Of a stretch of DNA of 64,000 bases, positions 27,908-38,685 are shown piece after piece. Where the stretch lies: the sequence record LC680884.1. One strand, given 5' to 3'. The notes under the pieces were generated by a model that ran no database searches, was not told the origin of the DNA, and saw nothing but the letters and a program-made list of their open reading frames with translations. How positions within the stretch are numbered: position 1 is the stretch's first letter; the number at the start of each line of letters is the position of its first letter. The translations under genes were made by a program, and so were the position numbers.

Positions 27908-30739
27908 ATGGCTTATGATTTGAGTTCTTTCTATACAAACACATTAAGCTCAAATAGCTTGAGTAAGACAATTATTGACCAATTAATGGCTGATAATCGC
28001 TTTAGTTCTGTCTCCAAAATTACCTTGAATGGTACTAACTATTCTTCTGGTAATGCTAATACTGACCCTATTGGCTACACAGAAACAGGACGTCCAATTT
28101 ATGAATCCAGTGTTGGAGTCACTATGAATGACGAACTTAAAGATGCTATTGAGAAAAAGCATGCTAGAAACACTGACTCTATGCTTAAAAATATTGGTAG
28201 TACTGTATTGGAAAATACAAGCACTGGTAATATTGCTGCTTTTGTTTCTCAAGGTGTTATTAAGGCTCTTATTACTGAAGATGGACACTTTACTGGTAAA
28301 ATTAAATTGGAAAACATTGAAGATCTTAATAAATTAACACTAGATACTTCTCGTTTTTATATTAAATCAGAAGTAGATAGTCTATTATCTGCAAAAATTG
28401 CAAAGTCTGATCTTTTCAATGCAGATAAAAAAATTTATTCTGAATTCATTGATAAAGATATTGTTCGTCATACTGAGTTTGATCCTCACTTCAATGATTC
28501 AGTTCGACACATTACTGGAACTGAACGTGGAGCATGGAATAATAAGTATGATAAACCTGCTACTGGTATTCCAATGAAAGATCTAGATCCAGTTGTTTCT
28601 GATCGTATTAAAGCATCTGCTTTAAATTCCGATCTTTCTAATCATACTAATAATCTTGATATTCATACATCATCTACTGAGCGTGCTAAATGGAATGCTA
28701 AGTATGATAAACCTGCTACTGGTATTCCAATGACTGATTTCTCTGAAATTGTTCAAAATAGTATCAATAGTGCGGCTAAAGCAGTTGATCTTCAAGATCA
28801 TGAAGACGATGTTATTAAACATATCACAGGCGAAGAACGTGATAAATGGAATGCTAAGTATGATAAACCTGCTAACGGCGTTCCAATGAAAGATTTAGAA
28901 TTACCTGTCCAAGATAAAATTAATGGTGCGGCTACAGCTACAGCTCTAACCGATCACAAAAATGATTCAGTTGCTCACATTACTAATGCTGAACGTCTTT
29001 CTTGGAATGGAAAATATGTAAAACCATCAACTGGTGTTCCAATGGCTGATTTGGATTCTAGTGTACAGAGTAAAATTGGTAGTGCGGCTACTAAGAAAGA
29101 ACTTACTGATCACGCTTCAAATACTACTGTCCATATTAGTGAAAAAGAACGTGAAAATTGGAATAACCACAAGGCTGATGGTACAATCCATATTACAGAA
29201 ACAGAACGTTCTAAATGGAACGTTAAATATGACAAACCATCAACTGGTATCCCTGAAACTGATCTTGCTTCTGGCTTACAGACAAAGATTAATGGAATGG
29301 TTACTAATGCAGATTTCTTAGAACACGAAACTGATAGTGTGCGTCACTTAGCTCAATCAGAACGTGATAAATGGAATGCTAAGTATGATAAACCATTAAC
29401 AGGAATTCCTGAAGAAGATCTTGAAAAAGATCTCAAAACTAAAATTAATAGTGCGGCTACTTCTGCTGATCTTGCGGCTCATGCCAATGATACTGTTAAA
29501 CATATTACAACTGTTGAGCGTAGTAACTGGAATGCCAAATATGTCAAACCAACTGATGGTATCCCTGAAACTGATCTTACCCTTGCTTTCCGTGATAAAG
29601 TAGCTGGAATGGCAACACAGGCAAATCTAAATGCACATGCTACTGATGCTGTTAAACACATCACTGCTGATGAAAGAATTGCTTGGAATGGCAAGTATGC
29701 TAAACCAGAAGAAGGTATTCCGGCGGCAGATTTGGAAGCAGGACTTGAGGCTAAAATCAATGGTTCAGCTTCTGCGGCAGATCTAACTACCCATGTAGAT
29801 AATACTACTGTTCACATTACTGCTGAAGAGCGTACTATCTGGAATGGCAAGTATGCTAAACCATCAACTGGTATTCCTGAGTCTGATATGGCACAGTCAT
29901 TTATTTCTAAAGTAAATGGCATGGTATCAAACACAGACTTTAATGCTCATGCTACTGATACAGTTAAACACGTAACTGCTTCAGAAAGAGCTAGCTGGAA
30001 CGCTAAGTATGCTAAACCTAATACTGGTATTCCAGAAAATGATCTGTCCGATGCCCTTAAAGGTAAGATTGATGGTGCGGCTTCTGTTGCTGATCTTTCT
30101 AATCATACTGGTGATACTACTGTTCACATTACAGATGCTGAACGCTCTAAATGGAATGCTAAATATGACAAACCAGCTGAAGGTATTCCAGCGACTGACC
30201 TCGAAAGTGGTTTTGTTACAACTGTAGATGGCTTTGCTGACCATGTTGTTGATGGTACTATCCATGTAACAGCGGCACAAAAAACTGAGTGGTCTGCTAA
30301 GTATGCTAAACCAGCTGAAGGTATTCCTGTTGCCGATCTTGAAGCATCTGTATCTACAGCTCTTACTAATAGTGCAAGTCATATCGCTGATGAAACTGTT
30401 CATGTAACTGATGAACAAAAAACTGAGTGGTCTGCTAAGTATGCTAAACCAGCTGAAGGTATTCCAGCGACTGATCTAGTAGTAGAATTGCAAAACAAAC
30501 TTAATAGTGTTTCTATGCCTTACACTAAAACGGTAACTGAAGAAGCTACTACTGTTTCAATTCTTGCTACTGAGCATGGAATCACTAAAGAGCCATTTGA
30601 ATATTCTGTTGTGGCTTATACACAAAATGCAGAATTTTGGGAAACTGTTCAACCATCTCTTGTTCGTATCAATGATACAACAAAAGATATTGAAGTACAA
30701 TTTCCTACTGCCTTTATTGGTAAAGTAGTGATCCGCTAA
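27908..30739 (+). CDS. Long tail-fibre protein with His-containing repeats
   Basis: 13 copies of H..D...H(I/V)T..(ER/QK)..W..KY.KP..G(I/V)P..D; visibly more GC-rich than the flanks, with GCT/ACT/CGT codons. Confidence 0.8.
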   Translation: MAYDLSSFYTNTLSSNSLSKTIIDQLMADNRFSSVSKITLNGTNYSSGNANTDPIGYTETGRPIYESSVGVTMNDELKDAIEKKHARNTDSMLKNIGSTVLENTSTGNIAAFVSQGVIKALITEDGHFTGKIKLENIEDLNKLTLDTSRFYIKSEVDSLLSAKIAKSDLFNADKKIYSEFIDKDIVRHTEFDPHFNDSVRHITGTERGAWNNKYDKPATGIPMKDLDPVVSDRIKASALNSDLSNHTNNLDIHTSSTERAKWNAKYDKPATGIPMTDFSEIVQNSINSAAKAVDLQDHEDDVIKHITGEERDKWNAKYDKPANGVPMKDLELPVQDKINGAATATALTDHKNDSVAHITNAERLSWNGKYVKPSTGVPMADLDSSVQSKIGSAATKKELTDHASNTTVHISEKERENWNNHKADGTIHITETERSKWNVKYDKPSTGIPETDLASGLQTKINGMVTNADFLEHETDSVRHLAQSERDKWNAKYDKPLTGIPEEDLEKDLKTKINSAATSADLAAHANDTVKHITTVERSNWNAKYVKPTDGIPETDLTLAFRDKVAGMATQANLNAHATDAVKHITADERIAWNGKYAKPEEGIPAADLEAGLEAKINGSASAADLTTHVDNTTVHITAEERTIWNGKYAKPSTGIPESDMAQSFISKVNGMVSNTDFNAHATDTVKHVTASERASWNAKYAKPNTGIPENDLSDALKGKIDGAASVADLSNHTGDTTVHITDAERSKWNAKYDKPAEGIPATDLESGFVTTVDGFADHVVDGTIHVTAAQKTEWSAKYAKPAEGIPVADLEASVSTALTNSASHIADETVHVTDEQKTEWSAKYAKPAEGIPATDLVVELQNKLNSVSMPYTKTVTEEATTVSILATEHGITKEPFEYSVVAYTQNAEFWETVQPSLVRINDTTKDIEVQFPTAFIGKVVIR
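28487..30480 (+). repeat. Tandem ~50-aa coding repeat array (13 units)
   Basis: Recurrent tggaatgctaagtatgataaacc / aagtatgctaaacc cores; the last two units are nearly identical at DNA level (aaaactgagtggtctgctaagtatgctaaaccagctgaaggtattcc). Confidence 0.9.
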
Positions 30740-30746
30740 TAAAATA

Positions 30747-30789
30747 AATGTAAATGAAGATAGGCTATTTGTCTATCTTCATTTACATT
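30747..30789 (+). terminator. Intrinsic terminator-like hairpin
   Basis: AATGTAAATGAAGATAG...CTATCTTCATTTACATT, 17-bp stem. Confidence 0.75.
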
Positions 30790-30816
30790 ATTATTTCTAG
30801 TTCTTAAGATGAAAAG

Positions 30817-30828
30817 AACATATAGATA
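30817..30828 (+). promoter_or_regulatory. Late-type promoter motif
   Basis: AACA-TATAGA-TA between the terminator and the next gene. Confidence 0.6.
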
Positions 30829-30861
30829 AGTAGAAAATTATTAAAGAAGGTGAGAGTTATT

Positions 30862-31449
30862 ATGCCTAACGAGATGCGGATAGAATCAAATGATGTACAG
30901 AATGGTTACATTTATAAAGAATTAAATAATAGATTGTCATATATGGAAAAGAATATAGAACAGTTATTTAACCTCCTTTCTGTCATAAATTCTTCAGGAA
31001 TAGAGTTGTCTCAATTAACTAATTTAATAAAAGATATTCAGAGTAAGGCAAACATTGAATATGTAAAAAATCATGTAGAAGATAGTAAACGTCACTTAAA
31101 CGATATTAAAGTATTAGATTGGGATTCTAAATATTCTAAACCTATTAATGGGATTCCCGAAAGTGATTTAGATGGGGATGTTCGTAGAAAGCTAAATGAT
31201 ATAAGAGAAAGTGAAGATGGTAGCTTAATTGGAGTCTTAAAATATTCAGAACTAATTGGTAATAGTAGTAACCATAGCTTTGTTATAAGACATAATTTGG
31301 GAACTGATGACATTAATGTAAGTGTATGGGATGAAGAAACAAAAGATTTAGTTATGACTAATGTTTCTATTGAAGATGCAAACACAATAAGAATAAATTT
31401 CTTATCTGCACCATCACCAAATCAATACAAAGTAATAGTTATAGGTTAG
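30862..31449 (+). CDS. Tail-fibre-associated protein
   Basis: One copy of the fibre repeat (HVEDSKRHL..WDSKYSKPINGIPESDL) and a C-terminal HNLGT.D..V.V.D domain similar to the fibre C-terminus; SD favours ATG 30862. Confidence 0.7.
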   Translation: MPNEMRIESNDVQNGYIYKELNNRLSYMEKNIEQLFNLLSVINSSGIELSQLTNLIKDIQSKANIEYVKNHVEDSKRHLNDIKVLDWDSKYSKPINGIPESDLDGDVRRKLNDIRESEDGSLIGVLKYSELIGNSSNHSFVIRHNLGTDDINVSVWDEETKDLVMTNVSIEDANTIRINFLSAPSPNQYKVIVIG

Positions 31450-31460
31450 GAGGTAAATAA

Positions 31461-33260
31461 ATGGCTACAACTAGTTATAAAGTTGGAGATAGAATTAAGG
31501 GTTCTAAATCCGGTTTCTATTTAATTGTAAAACAAGTTCTTTCCAATGGAGATATAAAGGTTCAATGTGTAGTTCCAAAGGGAAATGAAAAATACTATAC
31601 ACTTGCAGGAGGAAAAAGAACCTCTATTGGAAGTAGTTATGTTACAATTAAGAAAAATATGAAAGTGACTCTAACTACAGTAAAATATGACTACAAAGAG
31701 CAATGGATTAATCCGGCATGGTATTGGTATGGGAATAAGTATGATGGTGTCATGAACTATGGTACAAGACCTTATACCAAAATATCAAAAGGATCTAAAG
31801 CGGCTCCTAAATCTCAAACCAATGCACAATTATTTGATGCTACTGACTTATCTAAAAAATGGACACCAAAGAAATGGGTTTCTATTCCTGGAACATATCA
31901 GTGGGCTAATAGTACTAGTAATGGAGATTGGAGTGGCTGGTATAAAGGTTCTTGGTATCTAGCTGTTCATAATACTTATAGAAGACCAATTAAATTTAAA
32001 GTAAAATTAAAAACACCAGATAAAATCTCTAGATCTGCAACAGTAAATATTACAGGTATTAGATCTATTGCAGATAAAACAAAACCTAATATTGATCTGT
32101 ATGACAAGAGATCTAATAAGAATATCTTAATTCCGAATACACCAGAAACTTATACAGTTTACAAACCTATTACTGTTTTTTGGAAAGAAGATACATCTAA
32201 ATTTAAATATGATATAACTGCTCAAAGATACACTGATATTGATGGTAATACTAGTAACTTTACTTTTACTAATTATTATAAAATTAATAAGTATGGCACT
32301 TATGAAGTTGCAGTAAGATGTACTAATAAAGATACACCATCATTAATGGATTTTGCAACTTCAAGAATTATATATGAAGATCCAACACCTGCTCCTGATT
32401 TTAAGATCTTTGACAAAGCTGTTACATCAAGGATATATGATGAATACAACAAAGTATATTTAGCGGCGTGTTATCCAACTATTAATGTTCCTAGTGGTTG
32501 TACGTTATATGAAGCAAAGATTAATGGTAAAGCATATACTTTAGGTACTCCATTAGTAGAAAATGGTACTTATACAATTGTTGTTACAATTAGAAAAAAT
32601 ACTAACCATAAAACACTTACTAAAAAAGGTGTATTTACCATTGACAATGATCCACCTGATCCACCAATTATTAGAATTGACAAAGATTATCAAGGTAAAG
32701 ATTACGGACTCATAGGTAGATTCCCTAACCCTGTTTCACCAAGAATAATTGTACAATCTGGTTGTGTACCTGTAACAAAAGTTTATTATAAAAAAGATTT
32801 AAATGATACTCAATGGGTGCAAATACCAGAGGAACAAACATACTCTAAAAAGGGCATATATCGTATTGAATCTAAAGCACATAAACTTTCAAATGGTCTA
32901 TATTCAGAATATACGACTGTAGAATTCTATAAGAAAATAAAATATAGATATACGATCACTTTGGATCCAAATGAATTATGCTATAGAACTATAGCCACTG
33001 TTAATTTCCCGAAAGATCCTACAATGAAATTTCAATATCGGATTGATGATGGTGATTGGCGTTGGTACAGAGATCCAGTTAAAATCTATAAAAATTGTAT
33101 AATCTATGTACGAAGTCTAGATGGTGATGATGACTATGAAAGCTATATTACATCCAAAATAGTTGATATTATTGATACTACACCACCTGACACTCCAGTT
33201 ATTGGAGGAGTATCTGAAGGAGATGCTAAATCAACAGTTATCCCAACTATTGAAGGTTAA
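31461..33260 (+). CDS. Tail/receptor-binding protein with Ig-like repeats
   Basis: D..PP..P.I and G.Y...V modules shared with the next gene; Trp-rich N-terminal half. Confidence 0.65.
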   Translation: MATTSYKVGDRIKGSKSGFYLIVKQVLSNGDIKVQCVVPKGNEKYYTLAGGKRTSIGSSYVTIKKNMKVTLTTVKYDYKEQWINPAWYWYGNKYDGVMNYGTRPYTKISKGSKAAPKSQTNAQLFDATDLSKKWTPKKWVSIPGTYQWANSTSNGDWSGWYKGSWYLAVHNTYRRPIKFKVKLKTPDKISRSATVNITGIRSIADKTKPNIDLYDKRSNKNILIPNTPETYTVYKPITVFWKEDTSKFKYDITAQRYTDIDGNTSNFTFTNYYKINKYGTYEVAVRCTNKDTPSLMDFATSRIIYEDPTPAPDFKIFDKAVTSRIYDEYNKVYLAACYPTINVPSGCTLYEAKINGKAYTLGTPLVENGTYTIVVTIRKNTNHKTLTKKGVFTIDNDPPDPPIIRIDKDYQGKDYGLIGRFPNPVSPRIIVQSGCVPVTKVYYKKDLNDTQWVQIPEEQTYSKKGIYRIESKAHKLSNGLYSEYTTVEFYKKIKYRYTITLDPNELCYRTIATVNFPKDPTMKFQYRIDDGDWRWYRDPVKIYKNCIIYVRSLDGDDDYESYITSKIVDIIDTTPPDTPVIGGVSEGDAKSTVIPTIEG

Positions 33261-33278
33261 TAATAAGGGAGTGAAATT

Positions 33279-36200
33279 ATGATAATTAAAGACTTACCGT
33301 TAGGATCCTTAGTAAAGGATCCTAATACTAAATATAATGGAAAACCAATTGTTTGGAAATTGGTTGGTAAAGATTTAGCAGGTTATCCAGCAAATAGTGC
33401 TACTTTGATGACTAATAATATCATCTCTATTAAGACATTTGATGCTAAGGAACCTAGTAATAGTAATACAAATAGGCAAACATCAGGAAACAACAGATGG
33501 CTTTATTCCAATATGCGTCAATGGTTGAATTCAACAAAACCATCACCTTGGTTCACAGCAACTAATTCTTCTGATACACCTCCTTCTTCTGGTTCTAATG
33601 GAAATAGCTATGATACAGAAGATGGATTCTTAACTAATTTTAGTAGTGATTTTGCAAATAGAATTTTAAAGACTGATTTGAAAACAATTGTTCCATCAGT
33701 TGACGGTGGTGGAGTAGAGACTGTTCAAGATAATGTATTCCTATTTAGTATGACAGAAATGGGATTAGCAGGCTCAAGTGGAAAAGAAGGAACAACAATT
33801 CCATATTTAAATTCTTCATCTAATCGTATTCTTAAACCAACTGATGAAGCCGTTACACAAAGTAAATATCAGCATTCATCATTAAATTCTAGTTCAAACT
33901 ATTATTACTGGTTACGTTCTGCTTATCCTGATTTTGGTCATATTGTGTATCGTATTAACATAAATGGCGCATTTGCTCAGTCTGTTGCGGATAACGATAC
34001 AATTGGTGTTGCACCAGCACTTAACTTGGACTCCAACTCTACTATCTCCCACCAAGATACAGATGGAGTTTATGTTCTTGCTTTTGAAGGTTCATCTCCT
34101 AAAGATTTAAGTGGTATAAAATTTACACTTATTGATAAAAATACTAATATTAATATTACAACTGAAAATAGATTTTCAAATTCAGTTAAGTTAGATTGGA
34201 ATGCAGATGATAGTTCTATTGCTTATACTATTAAATTAAAAAAAGATGGAATTGAAATACCTTACAGTAGGCTTCAATCTTTATCTGAAAATGGTAAATA
34301 TTCAGCTATTATTACAGCAAAAGATAAAGCTTATCCGACTAATACTAGAGATTCGAATGAATTTACATTCTATGTACTTCCTCCTAAAAAAGATTTAGAT
34401 AATATTAGCTTTACTCTGAAGGATTTATTAACATCCTCTCAAATAGTTGAAGGCTCTAAATTTGTTGGTAAATTTCAACCTTATTGGGAAGAAATAGATG
34501 GTACAAATATTACTGTTAACTACAATGTTAATAGTACTCCCAAGGGATCTTTAGTTAAATCTAATACCTATAGTCAAGCCGGTCTTTATCAAGTTAGCTA
34601 TCTTATTACTGATAAGAATTATCCAGACAACCAAGCTACAGGTATTATAAACTTTGAAGTTATTGCCGCTCCTGAAGATTGGAATGATCTTGTCTTAGAT
34701 CTCAGAGATGCAATTACTACTAAACCTATTAGTGAAGGATCTCAATTTGAGGCTAAAGTTCAACCAACTTGGAAAGAAGATTCTAATATAACATATGGAA
34801 TAACTGTTACGTATAATAATAGTTTAATTTCATATAAAAAGGGTGATACATTAACTAATATCGGTCAATATACAATTAAATTTAATCTGACTGATAAGAA
34901 TTACCCAGATAATAAAAAGGAAATTAGTGTAAATTTCGAGATTATAGAAAAGATAACTGATCTTGATACTTATGAAATGGAATTTATTGATGTAAATCTT
35001 CCTCAAGCACCAAACACTATCATTTCTGAAGGAAAAATATTTAAAGATCAAGAAGTTAAACCATATTGGCAACCAATTCCAGCGGATTGTACTATAATAA
35101 GTTATACATTAGAGCGAGATGAATCTACAGTTCCTTTTACACCAAATAATGATGTTTATACAGATTATGGTAATTATTCTATTACTGTTGTCTTAGAAAA
35201 TGGTGCTGGAGAGAATAAGACTTTTATTCGTAATTTTATTATAGCTCCAATTAACACTAATCTTGATATTGAAATTTATAATGATTTTGATGAGACTGAA
35301 ATCAATGAAGGACGAATCTTCGAAGATGAATTAGTATTACCAACTTGGGATGAGCCAGAAGATTGTGATGTAGATTATACATTGCGATATGATGGAGAAG
35401 ATTTTGATTTTATGAAAGATCTCACAGTGTTATCAAATAAGGGTGACTATGAGTTAGAATTGATTATCACAGAGATAGATAATCCTACCAACACTACAAC
35501 TGTAGTGAGACACTTCTCAATTGTTGATAAAAAAGTTGATATGAATGAAATTGCTCTTGTAATTGTTAACGCTATTACAGATATACCTATTCAAAATAAC
35601 GATGTCTATAAAGGGATTCAAGTTAAACCATTTTGGTATACAGGACAGCTTCCATCTAATCTAGATTATGAGTCATGGATTACTTATAATGGTACTAGAC
35701 GGTCATATGATCCAACAGATGATGAAGATATTCTAACTGAATACGGAGATTATGTAGTAGAAGTTAAAATTTCAGATCATAACTTTCCGACAAATTATAA
35801 AATGGTAGTTAGAAACTTTAAGTTAATGCCGGGATCTATTGATATAACTGGAAAAGAGCTTATTATCAAGAATAAATTAACAGGCTCTATTATTGAAGAA
35901 GGACAAGTCTTTAGAGGAAAAGATGTGGCAGTTCAACCTACTTGGGATATTTTTGCAGGGTTAAAGTATGAGCATAAATTATATTTAAATGGAACCCTTC
36001 TAAGTTCTTTTAAACGTGAAGATACAATTAGAGACAAGGGCGCATATAGATTAGTTGTAACAGCTACCGATCCAAACTATCCTGAAAATAAAATTGAAAT
36101 ATCTCTTACATTTTCGTTAACAAATGATCTCGATGTTGATGGTAATGAAAATGAGGATGCATATTTAAATGGTCTTCCATATGTTATGGGAACACCTATT

Positions 36201-37595
36201 ATAGATTCAGGAGATTATAATTTACTTGTTGTTCGGAGAAAGAAATCTAATTTTATGGTTTCAATGTCTGATGTTAATTTTATCGTATTTAATCCTGATG
36301 AAGAACAAAAACCATTAATATTAGCAGACCCAGAGTATATACCGAGTATTAAGGATACTATTACAATTAGGTATCCAAATTATGGCTCAGAATTTGAATA
36401 TAAAATTGATAGTGCTGAAGAATGGCAATCATATAGTGAGCCGTTTGATGTAACTGATAACTGTATTATTCATGCTAGATACAAAGATCCTAATGGTTAT
36501 TTTGTTGAAGACACTAAAGCAATAACAAATATTGATAAATTACCACCAGAACCACCTGTTGTTATGGGCTTTAAAGAAGGTGTATCAACATATTTAACAG
36601 TTTCACCAACTGTCCAGTATGTTTATGGTGTCGATTTTACTGCAACCTTAAATGGAGAACCATATGAAATTGGGAGCCCAATATATAATGAAGTAGCTGA
36701 GATAAGAGATTATACTTTAGTTGTTACTGCTAAAAAACGTCTTAATGGTTTAACTGCTACAACTATAGTTAAATTTACATTAGATTCAGTTCCTCCTGAA
36801 CCTCCAAAAATTGTCGGTGTATTACCTGAAGTTATTCAAGAATCAGCAAGACCAGATATTGATTCTTATGAGGATAATCCATCTTATAAAGAAGATAATG
36901 AATTTGAAGCTAAACTTAACGGTAGATCATTTAAATTAGGTACTCTGTTAAATGATCCTAATAGTTATCAATTATCAGTAACAGCAATTAAGAAGATTAA
37001 TGGTCTAAGAGCCACTTCATATGTAGTATTTACAATTATTGATAAGATACCAGAACCAATTGGACCGCTAAGAATCAGCTTAGAACCATTAACTGAACAA
37101 AACAAAGTAAAGGCAATTGATGGTGAGATGGTAGTTGATCGTGATACAGGACATATTTCAATTTATGATGATGGATATCTAATTAGTAAAACTAAGGAAT
37201 TAGAGGAATTACTAGCATTGTCAGAAAAAAGAGCAGTTGCAATTGATATCTCTCTGCAAAATAATGAACAGAGAATCAATGACCTTAAAATTATGAAAGA
37301 TGTATTAAGGGAAAAAGTAACTGATCTACAAAAAAGAAATTATGAAATTGAAAATGATGTAAATACAATTAAATCCATCTTATCTTATTTAGACTTTACT
37401 GATTTAAGCGTTATCGATCAATTTAAAAATTCATTAGAAGAAATCGGTACTGTTACTAGTGGTATACGAGTTAGAATTGAAGAACTTAGAAATACTACCA
37501 CTGGAAAGACAGAATTAGCTCTTCAAATAATGGATGGTCTTCAGAACAACTCAAGCCTTATTGGTGAGACAATTTGGTATAAAAATAACACTTGA
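33279..37595 (+). CDS. Large tail protein: N-terminal DUF6273 (CLec-like) domain, ~90-aa Ig-like repeats, C-terminal coiled coil
   Basis: GNNRW..SN.RQWLN...VFLFS..E...YWLRSA...GVAPALNL; repeated VQP.W...G.Y...TDKNYP.N units. Confidence 0.72.
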   Translation: MIIKDLPLGSLVKDPNTKYNGKPIVWKLVGKDLAGYPANSATLMTNNIISIKTFDAKEPSNSNTNRQTSGNNRWLYSNMRQWLNSTKPSPWFTATNSSDTPPSSGSNGNSYDTEDGFLTNFSSDFANRILKTDLKTIVPSVDGGGVETVQDNVFLFSMTEMGLAGSSGKEGTTIPYLNSSSNRILKPTDEAVTQSKYQHSSLNSSSNYYYWLRSAYPDFGHIVYRININGAFAQSVADNDTIGVAPALNLDSNSTISHQDTDGVYVLAFEGSSPKDLSGIKFTLIDKNTNINITTENRFSNSVKLDWNADDSSIAYTIKLKKDGIEIPYSRLQSLSENGKYSAIITAKDKAYPTNTRDSNEFTFYVLPPKKDLDNISFTLKDLLTSSQIVEGSKFVGKFQPYWEEIDGTNITVNYNVNSTPKGSLVKSNTYSQAGLYQVSYLITDKNYPDNQATGIINFEVIAAPEDWNDLVLDLRDAITTKPISEGSQFEAKVQPTWKEDSNITYGITVTYNNSLISYKKGDTLTNIGQYTIKFNLTDKNYPDNKKEISVNFEIIEKITDLDTYEMEFIDVNLPQAPNTIISEGKIFKDQEVKPYWQPIPADCTIISYTLERDESTVPFTPNNDVYTDYGNYSITVVLENGAGENKTFIRNFIIAPINTNLDIEIYNDFDETEINEGRIFEDELVLPTWDEPEDCDVDYTLRYDGEDFDFMKDLTVLSNKGDYELELIITEIDNPTNTTTVVRHFSIVDKKVDMNEIALVIVNAITDIPIQNNDVYKGIQVKPFWYTGQLPSNLDYESWITYNGTRRSYDPTDDEDILTEYGDYVVEVKISDHNFPTNYKMVVRNFKLMPGSIDITGKELIIKNKLTGSIIEEGQVFRGKDVAVQPTWDIFAGLKYEHKLYLNGTLLSSFKREDTIRDKGAYRLVVTATDPNYPENKIEISLTFSLTNDLDVDGNENEDAYLNGLPYVMGTPIIDSGDYNLLVVRRKKSNFMVSMSDVNFIVFNPDEEQKPLILADPEYIPSIKDTITIRYPNYGSEFEYKIDSAEEWQSYSEPFDVTDNCIIHARYKDPNGYFVEDTKAITNIDKLPPEPPVVMGFKEGVSTYLTVSPTVQYVYGVDFTATLNGEPYEIGSPIYNEVAEIRDYTLVVTAKKRLNGLTATTIVKFTLDSVPPEPPKIVGVLPEVIQESARPDIDSYEDNPSYKEDNEFEAKLNGRSFKLGTLLNDPNSYQLSVTAIKKINGLRATSYVVFTIIDKIPEPIGPLRISLEPLTEQNKVKAIDGEMVVDRDTGHISIYDDGYLISKTKELEELLALSEKRAVAIDISLQNNEQRINDLKIMKDVLREKVTDLQKRNYEIENDVNTIKSILSYLDFTDLSVIDQFKNSLEEIGTVTSGIRVRIEELRNTTTGKTELALQIMDGLQNNSSLIGETIWYKNNT

Positions 37596-37609
37596 TTGGG
37601 TGATAATCA

Positions 37610-38146
37610 ATGGATTGGAGAATTGTAATAAGACCATTGCTTGAGAAAAATATGTTTAATGCTAAAGAAGGAGAAATCATTCTTGATAAGAAGACTGGGC
37701 ATGTAACAATTAAGCATAATGGTAAGTATAAAAGTAAAACAAAAGAACTTGAGGCTAGGGCAAATGCCCTCCTCAGTTATAAAAATAAGCTTGTTAAAAA
37801 GTTTATTGAATTAGCTGAAGAAATTGAAAGATTACTAAACTCTATAGATGTATTAAAAGATGATACTAAAAAGGTTAGAGATAGGGCAGAAGAATTATAT
37901 GTCAGTTTAACAGAATTAGATGCAGATGTTGAGAGTTTAATGACACTAATAGATAATTTTTGTAAAGAATTGAAGGATTTTCAATATAAAGAAATTCGTC
38001 CTTTTCTTGATCCTATAGTTGATAATCTGAAAGATATTCTTAAACTAAAAGCAACTATAGATGAAATGAAATTCTTGGCTAATGATATAACTAATCAAAA
38101 AATAAGTAACAAATCTGGTTTAGATCAAATTGGAGGTGGATATTGA
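37610..38146 (+). CDS. Coiled-coil tail protein
   Basis: N-terminal PL...GE...D..TGH.....G...SKTKELE module followed by heptads. Confidence 0.7.
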   Translation: MDWRIVIRPLLEKNMFNAKEGEIILDKKTGHVTIKHNGKYKSKTKELEARANALLSYKNKLVKKFIELAEEIERLLNSIDVLKDDTKKVRDRAEELYVSLTELDADVESLMTLIDNFCKELKDFQYKEIRPFLDPIVDNLKDILKLKATIDEMKFLANDITNQKISNKSGLDQIGGGY

Positions 38147-38685
38147 TGGCTTATAATGGAAGATTCGCATATCAACCTCTTTCTGAAGAATTTGCAAAAG
38201 ACTCTCAGCCCGGACAGTTGATAATGAATCGATTTGATGGTCATATATCTGCCAATAAGAATGGTATAATTGTTAGTAAAACTAAAGAAATAGAAGACAA
38301 ACTTGAAGATATTAATGAATTAAAACATGACGTTGATGAACAAACAGATGTTATTCTTAACTTATTAGAAGATATTGAAACATTCTTAAAAGGGGATTTT
38401 GAGGATGCAGTTGAGGCTCAAAATAAAACCTATGAGTTTGGTAAAAAGATACTTTTAAAAATAAAATATCTTGACCAACTAGATAAAGGTACTGCAAAGA
38501 AAATTGAAAGAATTAAGAAAATAATTCTTAATTTAGAAAAAGCCAATGACCTTCAAGTTGGTTGGATGGATGATTATGAAGTTGATGCTAAAAAAGCAAT
38601 AGATGATATAGGTGATTTAGCTTATGTTGATAATGAATTTAATATTATAACATCTCTTTATAATACCTACAAAAAGGAAGGTTAG
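38143..38685 (+). CDS. Coiled-coil tail protein (paralogue of the previous gene)
   Basis: Same PL...G....GHI....G...SKTKEIE module. Confidence 0.7.
   Translation: MMAYNGRFAYQPLSEEFAKDSQPGQLIMNRFDGHISANKNGIIVSKTKEIEDKLEDINELKHDVDEQTDVILNLLEDIETFLKGDFEDAVEAQNKTYEFGKKILLKIKYLDQLDKGTAKKIERIKKIILNLEKANDLQVGWMDDYEVDAKKAIDDIGDLAYVDNEFNIITSLYNTYKKEG

Noticed and set aside
27983-30418. Several alternate-frame and antisense ORFs within the tail-fibre gene
   Set aside because: By-products of repetitive, codon-biased coding sequence; no SD or context support.
28487-30480. CRISPR array
   Set aside because: The repeats are degenerate, in-frame coding repeats within one ORF; no cas genes.
33279-37595. 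Diversity-generating retroelement
   Set aside because: No reverse transcriptase, no accessory gene and no near-identical template repeat seen in the window.
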